A DNA stretch of 64,000 nucleotides from Phoronis australis (taxonomy: Eukaryota > Animalia > Phoronida), in assembly GCA_002633005.1 (NCBI GenBank), contig NMRA01000295.1, forward strand, positions 147,124-211,123, written 5' to 3'. Below the pieces are notes generated by a model. The model ran no database searches, was not told the DNA's origin, and saw nothing but the letters and a program-made list of their open reading frames with translations. Below are positions 46,601 through 56,419 of this stretch, piece after piece. A program made the translations under genes and the position numbers. Position 1 is the stretch's first letter, and each line of letters opens with the position of its first letter.

Positions 46601-49329
46601 GTTTGATTGCAATGACACCATACTGATCTGTGTTTGTTGTAAACAAAATATAGAAAAGGCGCTGTGCATTAGAAAAAATGGGAGGTTGATGCCGGGTTCA
46701 TTGTGACTTAGTAGCAGTATTCTGTTCTTACAGTTCTGCATCTGATGTGGGGGTTGAAGTTCACATTTGTGAAAATTGTTTCTTGGATATCTAGGTAACA
46801 GGTAACATTGCCTATGTGTGTACTTTTTCAGAGTACAACGAGTTAAGGACTGAATTGACAGATTACCTGAAGAAATTTGCTGAAAATAAGAAGGTAATAA
46901 ATACACAAAACGTATCGAGAGTGCCGTACATGAAGTAATATCCCACGAGACATTATTCCGTGTATCGACCGAGACCAAATTTATCCCATACGCTTCGAAG
47001 TTTCTTTCATTTTTTCCACAGATTTTTTAAATACTTCACTCACACACTGTTCACTAGGCAGATCACATCCTACATGTATGTACTTGTGCGTTAGGCTACA
47101 AGTTTTCTCTAGTAAAGGAAACAGTTTTAAATGTGAGGATTTATTACTTGAAAAGGGATAACAAAGATGAAAACAAGGGTAACATTTCATTGAACTTATA
47201 ACATCTCCTGAAAATAGTTAAATAACAACAATATTTGATATTGTAGTTACCAGGGAATCGGCGCTGAGTTGCAGACAATAAAATATTTAGTAAATGAAAA
47301 CTGAGACAGAACTGTTATATACAGGGCTTGGAATTTTCCGCGGAAACGCGGATTTCCGCTTTTTTCAAATGTGCCGTCCGCTTTTTTATAATATTTCTGC
47401 GTAAAAAAAATCGGATTTGATATAAAATTTCCGCGGCAAATTCCTTTTTTACCACAGCGTTGCAGACGACGTTCACCTCGAAAAGCGGAAGTTGCTCTTT
47501 ATGTTTCGGAGGAACGTAAATTGTCGGGGCACCTGGGACAGCGTGGTGGGATTTTCAATGGCGTCTCGTGTTATTGTTAAGCGCGACGACAAATACTACC
47601 GCTCTGCAGCCAAAAATGTGTGGGGGTTGGGAGTGGGTGGGCGAGCTAAAAGGACGCAGACGCATGCTACTGATGGTGGTAAGGTTTTTTTTGTTTTTTT
47701 ATTTAGTCTTCCCGATTTTTGTCGAGGAAAGGTTCACATTGACCATTTCAAGACTGGTTAGCGGGCATGATTTCGGCCGTAAAAGTTTCCGCGTTTTTTG
47801 TCATTGGTCATTCCAAGCCCTGTATATAATTAGCAGTCCTGTTCCATATGTTACGATTGAGACCTGATTGTATGTTGAGTGTTATTTACACTGCTGTAAT
47901 TGTTGAACTATTTGCCGAAAGTTTTGTGATCGAACCGGCTACCGACGTCAAGTCGACACTGACCTACCTGTTGAACTTTCCATGTCAGAGGTCGCTGTTA
48001 AAGTAGTGCAGGAGGTGAATACGGAAAACTTTATTACATGGACGTATTTCCCTCGACAGATTCAATGCGTAAGGGATAAAAGCATTTCACAAAAGTTCAC
48101 ATAACTTCTACATTATTTTGATAAAACGTGGGCTAATGCTCTAGTGTACAGAAGTCCTTCATCTTGGGCAACTGCAACCAACATACTTTCCAAAAGTATG
48201 CTCTTAAAGCCCTGTAGGTCATATCTTCAACATGTTGTGATTCACGTATTTTCCTGAATTTTGCCTGTATATGCTCTTCTGTTTGCATTTCTAGGAGGAT
48301 TTCAACTAAACTTTCTCAAAATTGTGCTTAAAAATTGCTGTAGTGCAGTTTTTCTGCATTTTGCATTTCAACTGCATTTTTTAATGCGCTCACATATTTA
48401 TGTTTACATGTCCATCCATCCGTCCATAGTCCGCTGCTCTTTCTCCAAAACCCTTTGGCACATGTTTATGAAATTTTGCTCTTGTGTTCTTTTCATGGTT
48501 GAAACTGCATGAGCGAATTTCTGGACGGATCAGACTACTGGTGTACCCCCTACTGGCAATTTTAGTTGTTTACGTTTCCCCATGTATCTTCAAAGGTCCT
48601 CAACGGATTTTCATAAAATTTGGCAAATAGGTATCTATTAGTGAGATGCTGCTACCATTCAGATTTGAGATGCATTCGAGGTATTTTGCGCCACTTAGTG
48701 GCAACTGTTTTTTAGTCGAACCACTTTAGGGATGATTTTGAAAATTAGCGTATCTGTTGCCACGGTAAAGAGGGCGGCTGACAAGGATTTTCCAACTACT
48801 GTGGCGTATTCTAGTGGCAGCTTTTTTTTTTGCACCGATCGCTGATGCCGATTTTTAGACGAGTCAGACTACTGTGGCGACTCCTTGTGACAGTTTTTTT
48901 TGTATCTTTCACTGTATCTCCCTAACCCTCTGCAGGATCTCTATTAAATTTGGCAAGTGTATTAATTTATTTATATGAAGTTGGCAAAGGACAGTGGTGA
49001 CCTTTGGACGGATCCGATAGCCACTGTCCCCCCTAGTGACAATGTTTTTCTGGTTGAATTGTGTCTGCACAGATGATCTCACTTTGCACAACATATCTCG
49101 TCACCTTTTCTTTGATCCCTGTTAAATGCTCATACTTGCACGCATAAAGTCGTTCCTTTTATCATGCTCTTGAAGGTCACCCAAGGTAAAATGCTCATTG
49201 TATAGTTACCTATTTTGTTTTTTGTCATAGGTTGTCCGAGAGGAAGATATCAAAGAATTTTTTGGGCAGTTGCAGTCAAGGAAACGCCAAAAAACTAACC
49301 AGCCATCCATGAGTTACTATTGCAAGTAA
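34568..49329 (+). CDS. UBR7: Putative E3 ubiquitin-protein ligase UBR7 (UBR-box plus PHD), 10 exons, 423 aa
   Basis: Exons 34568-34699, 37518-37651, 38791-38851, 40500-40595, 41430-41483, 42095-42194, 44472-44845, 44945-45104, 46832-46893, 49231-49329 (1272 nt). Motifs RQAVYAC..GVCLACSLTCHDGHELYELYTKRNFRCDCGN, YNQNFRGLYCTCSRPYPDPED, MIQCVICEDWFH, WRSKLCTC. Confidence 0.95.
35050..35475. mobile_element. Foldback MITE in UBR7 intron 1
   Basis: CATAGGGGACA...TGTCCCTTATG ends and an inner inverted repeat ggtaattgtttataat / attgtaaacaattacc. Confidence 0.45.
35533..36216 (-). mobile_element. 5'-truncated CR1/L2-group LINE (C-terminal ORF2 fragment plus 3' tail)
   Basis: YAFIRSYFNHCPLIW..EKIQHRALKFVF..G.LLWNSLP, followed on - by AATAAA and a (TAT/TAC)n tail. 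Confidence 0.85.
37518..37651 (+). CDS. UBR7: UBR7 exon 2 (UBR-box)
   Basis: GYIPRQAVYACASC..AGVCLACSLTCHDGHELYELYTKR. Confidence 0.95.
38006..38540. repeat. 44-bp minisatellite, ~12 copies
   Basis: Unit tgtctcattgggtaacttcaccaactttacagcaccagttttga. Confidence 0.95.
38791..38851 (+). CDS. UBR7: UBR7 exon 3
   Basis: NFRCDCGNSKFPDTPCKLSA. Confidence 0.93.
39562..39980. repeat. 47-bp minisatellite, ~9 copies
   Basis: Unit cactactgtctatctcttggccagagtactggctgtgcaatgaaggt. Confidence 0.95.
40500..40595 (+). CDS. UBR7: UBR7 exon 4
   Basis: DKGATNANNSYNQNFRGLYCTCSRPYPDPEDD. Confidence 0.95.
40858..41038. repeat. 43-bp minisatellite, ~4 copies
   Basis: Unit tgtgtttatgacgtacggtacaatatttacatactcataccat. 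Confidence 0.9.
41242..41341. repeat. 34-bp tandem repeat, 3 copies
   Basis: Unit ttgcgtttaatttgataactatatgcaatcttgc. Confidence 0.9.
41430..41483 (+). CDS. UBR7: UBR7 exon 5 (PHD)
   Basis: VEDEMIQCVICEDWFHGR. Confidence 0.95.
42095..42194 (+). CDS. UBR7: UBR7 exon 6
   Basis: HVGTSPPHNFEEMVCKDCMKHCEFLWAYAVVLP. Confidence 0.93.
43293..43472. repeat. 36-bp minisatellite, 5 copies, abutting the Penelope element
   Basis: Unit tatgttcgtcatatagaataacatgtgacaattaga. Confidence 0.9.
43466..44060 (+). mobile_element. 5'-truncated Penelope-like retroelement: inverted pLTR, GIY-YIG endonuclease remnant, pLTR
   Basis: ~135-bp inverted repeats (43466-43602 and 43924-44059) flank SNVVYKVECDNCKEFYIGLAQRRLCDRLKEH..KESLAI..SLN (43604-43888, with stops). 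Confidence 0.9.
43515..43549 (-). ncRNA. Penelope-type minimal hammerhead ribozyme core
   Basis: On -: cCTGATGAt GTCTT gttgaat AAGAC GAAA CGTTG. Confidence 0.55.
44472..44845 (+). CDS. UBR7: UBR7 exon 7
   Basis: Acidic linker, then CLLKELQ..VYWSDGWRSKLCTCNTCK|gtaggg. Confidence 0.9.
44945..45104 (+). CDS. UBR7: UBR7 exon 8
   Basis: QMYAEKKVDFLPDESDSVQSYE..GMQALASMNRLQQVEVLQ. Confidence 0.92.
45316..45402. repeat. 16-bp repeat running into an assembly gap (Ns ~45403-46312)
   Basis: gtgctgtgtgtgccag units. Confidence 0.85.
46313..46600. repeat. 31-bp minisatellite emerging from the gap, at least 9 copies
   Basis: Unit ctctggtgacagtgattgagataacatttac. Confidence 0.95.
46832..46893 (+). CDS. 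UBR7: UBR7 exon 9
   Basis: YNELRTELTDYLKKFAENKK. Confidence 0.92.
47322..47822. mobile_element. MITE with CAGGGCTTGGAAT terminal inverted repeats
   Basis: TATATA|CAGGGCTTGGAAT ... ATTCCAAGCCCTG|TATATA. Confidence 0.85.
48377..49050 (+). mobile_element. 3'-truncated HINE-like copy
   Basis: Starts ttttttaatgcgctcacatat..tccatccatccgtcc and has the same internal repeats as 9126-10333. Confidence 0.65.
49231..49329 (+). CDS. UBR7: UBR7 exon 10
   Basis: VVREEDIKEFFGQLQSRKRQKTNQPSMSYYCK*; AATAAA at 49650. Confidence 0.93.
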   Translation, partial: VVREEDIKEFFGQLQSRKRQKTNQPSMSYYCK

Positions 49330-49411
49330 CTGTCCGCAATCGAGGACTACCAAGTAACTGCCCACAACCGAGGATTACCAAGTAACTGTCCGCAACCGAG
49401 GACTACCAAGT
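49323..49411. repeat. 28-bp tandem repeat, 3 copies, overlapping the UBR7 stop codon
   Basis: Unit caagtaactgtccgcaa(t/c)cgaggactac. Confidence 0.9.
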
Positions 49412-50310
49412 TCACTAGGGTGCTGCTCTTAAGCAAGGCTTAAATTTTTGGAAAGTCACTTTGTCACTCATTCAATTTTTTGTTAAGTGTTTAATGTATT
49501 TCACATTTACACTTTTGTGTCTGTTTGAAAAGTTCTATGTATGTACCCAGAAAAGTAGGTGTGAATTTCTGTAGTTTGTCAAGAGTTTTAATATAACCCG
49601 AAATTGTGAAATTATTTCCATCAAAAATTGAGCCATCCGAAATCATGCAAATAAAGCCCATCTACTCAAGCTACTTTCAAGTAATCGGTACGGTAGCTCA
49701 TTTGGACAAGTACTTGTGTTTTCAATGGTCAACCTCAGTCTATCATATGTCGGGTGAATTTCTTGAGACACCGCCGAGTATTTACAACACATTGAATGTT
49801 TTTGACCGTGGTCATCCTCAGAATGATGTTGAGATAGACTTGCAGTGATGTGAAGTTCCTGCCTTGGGCCACCAAATACAGTGTCATCAATGTTAGAAAG
49901 AAGATACTGACCTACTTCACGGATTCCTCCTAAACAGTCAGTAGGCAGATCTTGTTAAGGACTATCTGAAGAGTGGCCTCGGTTTCTCGCCACGACTTGT
50001 GGTTCTCGAGTTATTCAAGACTTTCTTATGTCTGCACTTTTTCTGACTGGCTTCTTGTGCCATAGTTCCGACGTCCTTAGAGGAATATAACAGACAATTG
50101 GTATGTGAATAGATCTTGTTAAAGGTTATGTAGGATCTTTGAAAAATTTCAGAATTGGCCAACTTTGGAACATCATATCTCAGAAATGGCTGATCAGATT
50201 CACATGAAACATGGGTTCTAGACTTTTATCTTGTGCATGACACATACACTGTACCATTCTTTATCATTCAAATCAGTGACCATTTCCACACACAGTGCAA
50301 ATGGTTGCAT

Positions 50311-52130
50311 TTTTATGCCCCCACATATTTTTATGTGCGTGCATATTGTCATCATCTCTGGCTGGGCGTCCAATGTCCGCGACTGTATGTCCTAAATCCG
50401 TTTCAGGATCCTAATGAGATTTGGTAGTAAGATGAAGCTGACGACAAAACGATGACGTGTTTTGGATGGATTCTACAAATTCGACTACCCCCTACTGCCT
50501 ATTTTTTTACTTTTGTCTCTGTATGTTTGGAGTTCCTTGATGGATTTTCATGAAATTTAGCTAATAGGTTTCTATTAAATAGACCATGACTCGCATTTTC
50601 GAATGGATTTGACGTATTCTGCGCCACCTTGTGGCAATTTAAAAAAAATACCCAAACCGCTCAAGGGGTCATTATGAAAATTGGCAGATTTGTTCCTGAC
50701 GAGGATGAAACTGATTTTCAGACAGGTTCCGAATACTGTGGTGATGAAAGTTGGTGTATATGTTCCTATGTAGAGGGTAATGGATGACCACGAGTTTCAG
50801 ACCAATATGACTACAGGCGTACCCCCTAGCCGAACTGGAAGTTTTATTTCATAGGTAAGCCTCTGTATCTTTTTAGAGTTCATTGATGGATTTCATGAAA
50901 TCTAGCAAATGGGTTTCCATTAAACAGAATATAACACTGTCCTGTTTTCGGATAGATTTGAAGTATTCTGCACCACCTGGTGGCAGTTGAGTATTTTGAC
51001 ATCTGCCTTTCTATTGGACAAACTGTTCAAAGGATCATGAAAATTGGCAGATATTTTGCTGATGGCATGGTTGCAGCTGACACTCATTTTCGGACAGGTT
51101 CGACTATTGTGGCGACACCTGGCCCCAAGTTTTTGTTTTGGGTCCAGGGCTGTATCTTTTTTTCTTTGTGATATGTGGCAAATGTCAGATGAGAGGGGTT
51201 TCTGGCCAATTCGACTGCAGGTGTGCCCCTAGTTTTATTTTTAATGGGTTTGCCTCTGTATGGGTTTTTGTGAAGTTTGGCAGATAAGTTTTTATTTAAT
51301 AGCTGCCAAGTATGCCTTTGGACAGATTCAGCGTATTCTGCTCCACCTAGTGGCCATTTTATGATTTTGAGTTCGTTTTTTGGCATTTGCTTTTTTAAAT
51401 GTGCCAAACTATTCATTAGTAGTTGTGTTCCTGATGAGATGTCCAGGGCTGACATTGGTTTTTGAACGGATGTGACACCTGTGGTATCCCTTAGTGGTGA
51501 TTTTGTATTTGTTTGCGGCCATGACTGCAGCTACTGATTTCCTTGCGTGATGTTTATGAATTTGGCATGTGTTTTTCTGTAATGTGTCAATTTGTGTTGG
51601 ATTTGAGGTATTCTGCGGGACCTGGTGGCCATGTCAATTAAGCATTTTTTGCCGTCTTCTTTATCGGCCAAACTGCTGAGAGGATCGTTATGAAATCTGG
51701 AAGATGTGTTCCTACTGAAATGAGCACGACTGTCGTGCATTTTCAGATGGGTCCAACTACTGTGGTGCCTCTTAGTAACATTATTTTCGCATCTGCGGCT
51801 GTATCTACAAACCCCTTGCAAGTCAGATCACCCTTTGTCAAGTCTGGCCCTGTGCACTGTAACTTGACAACAGAGGGACGGATTCGACTACAGCTGTGCC
51901 TTCTAATGGCAATTTGTTTTTTATGTCTGCCTCTGTATGTTTGTAGTTTCTTGGTGGATTGTCATGAAAATTGACAGTTTTGTAATTGAGAGAGACAACG
52001 ATGCCTGCTCTATTTCGGACAGGTTTGGTCTATTCTGCGACATCTTATGTTATTAAAAACGCCATTAGGAGCACACCATTTGCGCTGCAGTCGTGGGTGC
52101 ATGTCAACGCTCCAAGTTGCTCTTATATTT
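50311..52130 (+). mobile_element. Full-length HINE-like element with ~10 degenerate internal repeats
   Basis: Head ttttatgcccccacatatttttatgtgcgtgcat; tail gggtgcatgtcaacgctccaagttgctcttatattt. Confidence 0.7.
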
Positions 52131-52391
52131 GAATCGTAGTTAAGATGGAACTGTGACCGCAATTATTCTTCAATTCCTTTTTACACAGCTCTAACTCACT
52201 CTAGTGTCACTCCTTTGAGGGATCTTTATGAACATTTGGTCATAGATAGTACCTGGTACCACTGGCCGTTCTTGAGTACTTTGAACTTTTCATTTTGAAA
52301 ATTTTGGTTTTTAAAATAATATTTATGGCATTTACTGAAATCATGTTTTCTCCCTAGGACAACAGTTTTTAATATCGGAAGATATATATAG

Positions 52392-53145
52392 ATTATTACT
52401 TGGCGAAGTCGTTATCCCCCGTATTCTAGAGCCAGAGTGGATTTTGGTGAATTATAATTCTACAAAATCCACGAGGGCTCTAGATAAGGGGGATAACGAC
52501 TGAGAACATGTAATAATTTATTTATACCACATACTGAACGAGAAGCAATGAATCGATCTACCTTTCTCGACTCGCCTCTGCTTTGTAACCACTTTCTGTC
52601 AGAGAGGCCTGGTGTCGGATTTTACTCAAAACCAATTGAACATTTTAACAAAATAGAAATAAAGTGAATCTATAAATTAAGGTTTAGCAACTATAATAGC
52701 TTACTTCACATTTTATCACGCTAAGCTTCGACCGGGTAAATATCGTCTGCTAAAGTAAGCTACCACTGGTAACCGAGTATAATGCTCAAGTCAAAGGATC
52801 CCGACGACACGATACCCGAATTCAAATTGGAGATCGGTGATTTACAAGTGAGAGAAAATGAGAGAAAAGTTTCACTGAATTAAAACATCGTTTTTATGGA
52901 GATTATGCGTTTTATTTTTCATAGCGTATAAATGTCGGTACAATGCCATTTGTTGAACATGCGATTGTTGCGGGTGCTCATTTAAGTATTCTATTTTCAC
53001 GTTCGATGACGTCAGCTGCTGAGTGGTGCAGTGGTAAAGTCGACGACTTGAAGCCGATTTCCCGCGTTATCTAACGCTGTTTAATAAAACTAAATGGGTT
53101 ATTACACGGTTGTATTGGCCATTCGAGGCTGATATTGTGGTATAA
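52392..53145. mobile_element. Non-autonomous element with a ~125-bp terminal palindrome and TTATACCACA/TGTGGTATAA inverted ends (possibly Crypton-like)
   Basis: Hairpin 52392-52517 centred on GAATTATAATTC; inverted repeat at 52522-52531 and 53136-53145. Confidence 0.55.
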
Positions 53146-53937
53146 GTATCAAAATATCCAGATGTTTAAATACAAATTATGTTTATTTTGGCAACTGGTT
53201 GGAAATAGGGTGCAAAATACAGAAGGAACAGTTTACTTTTTGAGTAGTTTATTTTATAACTACAAGCACTTAATTGTTTAAAGCACCGTCTATAAGATAT
53301 GATATATGATGATCAGTTATAAGGGAGCACATTTTTACTACTACAATTTTATGGATGATACAACCCAATTGGTCATATTGTTCACTGTGACGTTATTTCC
53401 CAACAATTCAGATCTATAAGTTGGATACAAGATGGCTGTTTTACTTTATTTACTCAGTCTTAGAAGTAACGGGAAAATGCTAATTAGCCTACCATTGAAT
53501 AATGAATAAATTCTGAAGCATTATCTTTCTGTATGAAAACAATTCACAAGTTTAGTTACATAATTATTCAACAAATTTGATAGATCCAAAATTACAACAG
53601 TAACATTTCTAAAATCTATTGGTCTATCAACACCAGCCTAAATTACGTCATGTCTCAAATCCCCTGTAAATGGGACGAATCCAACGTATTAACACCACCT
53701 AAACGACGTCATCTATCAAATCATCTGTAAGTGGGATGAATCCTATATATTCAAGGGAAAGGCAACATTTTTTCATGTCATTTTTAGCAAAAATAAGATT
53801 CTTTGATTATCCCAGACACATTTTTCACTTAATTACAGCTTTTCGTAATTTAATAAATTATTCGTCCTTTACTCCAGAAGTGGCGTTTTGGGAGGCAAGA
53901 ATTTCGCGCCAATTTCTTTTCATGTAGTCCGAGAGCT

Positions 53938-54111
53938 GTTCCAGGTTCAAAGCCCATCGTGCACCATCTCCACGTTCAAAGCCCATTGTCCACCAGTTCT
54001 AGGTTCAAAGCCCATCGTGCACCAGTTCCACGTTCAAAGCCCATCTTGCACCAATTCTAGGTTCAAAGCCCATCGTGCACCAGTTCCACGTTGATAGCCT
54101 ATCGTGCACCA
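53938..54111. repeat. 29-bp minisatellite, 6 copies
   Basis: Unit gttcaaagcccatcgtgcaccagttcca(c/g). Confidence 0.9.
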
Positions 54112-54386
54112 GGACAAAACAATCCACATGCCCACTATGCTGTACCGTGCCAGTAAGAACGCTGTGACATCGGAAGATGGCCGGAGAAATAACGGGCTAA
54201 AACGTGCCAATGAAAATGAGCTAGAGGCTGGTGTTGGTAGACCTAGAGATTTTAGAAGTGTTACATGACCATCCCGGTTAGGAAGTCAGAACCAGTAAGG
54301 CTTGAATATCGTGATTGAAATGCTGTTTTTAATAATTATTAAAAACAAAAACGACAATGTAAACGATAATAATGTGTTTCACACTA

Positions 54387-55886
54387 AGGAGAATGCCACC
54401 CAAAAACAACCTGTTTTGTATCAATTTAGATCGAGTAGTTTTCTATGACAGCAAGTTCAATTGTTTTACCTGACACCCAGCGGCAGACGGAGATGTTCAA
54501 ATTAACCAATGACGTAATCGGTTCGAACGCAATCTGTTCAGCCGTTCGCAACGTGCTTACTGGTGTCAACTTCTCGTTTTAATTCATCGTTTTACACCAA
54601 TAAATCATCAAAATTCGATGTAAACCCCTTACAAATACATCGACTTCTTGAACAAACGTGTTGTTTTATTTCACTGTTACCTATTTATAGGTATTTGAAC
54701 ATACCGTAGCCTACAGAGTTCGGTAGACCAGTTTACCATGGTCGATCGCGTGAGTTTGGGTCTGTTTGTTGATCAATTCGAATCATTCTTCCGTGAAATA
54801 CAGACGGGGAACATAGCTGTGTGTTGTACGAACATCAATCAGATTAAGTTGGAAACTAAACCTCGAGTCACGAAAAGACTAAAATAGTGAGCCAAAGAAA
54901 TGATGTGCACGTGAATTAGCCACGAAACTGAAAATCTTGTCGGGGGCCGCGAAGTCAGGGTTCCCCTTCCACAGACCGTCAGGGCAAAGGTTGTCACGGT
55001 AACAATGTTTTGAATAATGTATTTGTATATCTAAATAAAGATTTCCCTAACGTGTGACCATAGCATATAAAATCGAGTTATTGTTTCACAACAGCTTTCT
55101 GTCATCAAACACTGAATTAGCATGCGCTCACACGGCCTCGGTGCCAGGTCAATTATCTTTGTACGATTGCCTCTAAAGCCGGTAACGCAGTGGTTTATTC
55201 ATTGCTGGCTTCTCAAAACATTTGCACTCACGAATACTCCAAAGACATTACAAATTGTATCTAACGAGACAGACTTTGTTTCAGTTTTATATAAGCCTTG
55301 GTTAGGGTGAGAATAATTCATTGGCGCCAACCCCGACTTAGTCGAGAACTTATCCTTCGAAGACTACACGGGCCGGATCGTTGGGTTTCTCAGGCTATTA
55401 GTTCGAACCGGAATACACTGATAAAGAAATACTAGAGAGGCGCCGTGAACATGCACAGACAACGGAACGTTTGTATTGATAGTTTTTTTGTAAACCGTAA
55501 TTCGTCAGAGAAATCACTGTCGACGAAATGCCGGCCACAGACACGGAGATGTTTCATGGCCTCGCACTTGCTATTAACAGCGTACTTTTCATTCTTCACT
55601 ACCGCGAGCCACTTCCTAAGCATTTCGGGCTCTCGAGAAAGTCGAAAAAAACGATATACCCACTTTTTCCACAGCTTCATAGTTCGGACAAGCGGGAACA
55701 ATGCACCCCAATATAGCGGAATGCACTCTGCAGATGAACCACTAACGTCACTGCGTTGTTTGTCACCTTCCTCACAGGTTAACGCGACACCTCCCGGCAA
55801 AGTGAGGTCGATCGTATAAGAGGCGATGTGGATATAGACCGATTAAGACGATAAAAAAGACTTTTTAAATCGGGTGACATTCTCCT
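54387..55886 (-). mobile_element. Kolobok-like DNA transposon derivative with a frameshifted THAP domain
   Basis: TIRs AGGAGAATG(C/T)CACCC, right flank TTAA (left flank ACTA). THAP on - at ~55450-55710: CIVPACPN..GISFF /+1/ RLSREPEMLRKWL..HLRVCGRHFVDSDF. Confidence 0.7.
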
Positions 55887-56222
55887 TTAAGTTCATTATT
55901 GCGAACTTTATTTGCAACAAACGTAGATCCTAATATTTGTTGCTACCGCGGATTACGTAAACGGTTTTGACATATTTTTCAAGTTTCGTTGAAATATTTT
56001 CGTAATATGCCTTAAATCATCTTACGTCAGATTTAATGACAAGAAATGTGTGGGTGCTTGTTGCAGTTCACCATCTCTCAAGCGTCCTTTGTTGTAAATG
56101 CAGAAACACACCTGTGGGGGGTTAGTTATAAAATGGATATTTTCCCCCTTCATAAAATGTTTCCAATACTTTCAAAACATTCAGTAAAAATCAATAATTC
56201 GTGCTCGATCCGGATCATTGGT

Positions 56223-56419
56223 TCATCTCTGTCCTTGTGAAGTCAAACTAATGGCACACAGCGTAAACGGCTTTGGAGAGTTGATAAACCTTGCTGTTCC
56301 CATTAGAGATGGTGGAGCGTCGCCAAATGGCACTTCGAAGCGGAACTGCTGCATCATGGACGCGAAGAACAAAAATATTTCCATTCTGGCCATGTTCTCT
56401 CCCAAGCAAAGGCGTTTAC
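56223..56419 (-). CDS. CYP last exon (heme-binding Cys)
   Basis: GKRLCLGENMARMEIFLFFASMMQQFRF..PKPFTLCAI. Confidence 0.92.

Noticed and set aside
53015-53070. tRNA-like 5' sequence (gctgagtggtgcagtggtaa)
   Set aside because: No B-box, T-arm or acceptor stem, so it is not a tRNA gene.
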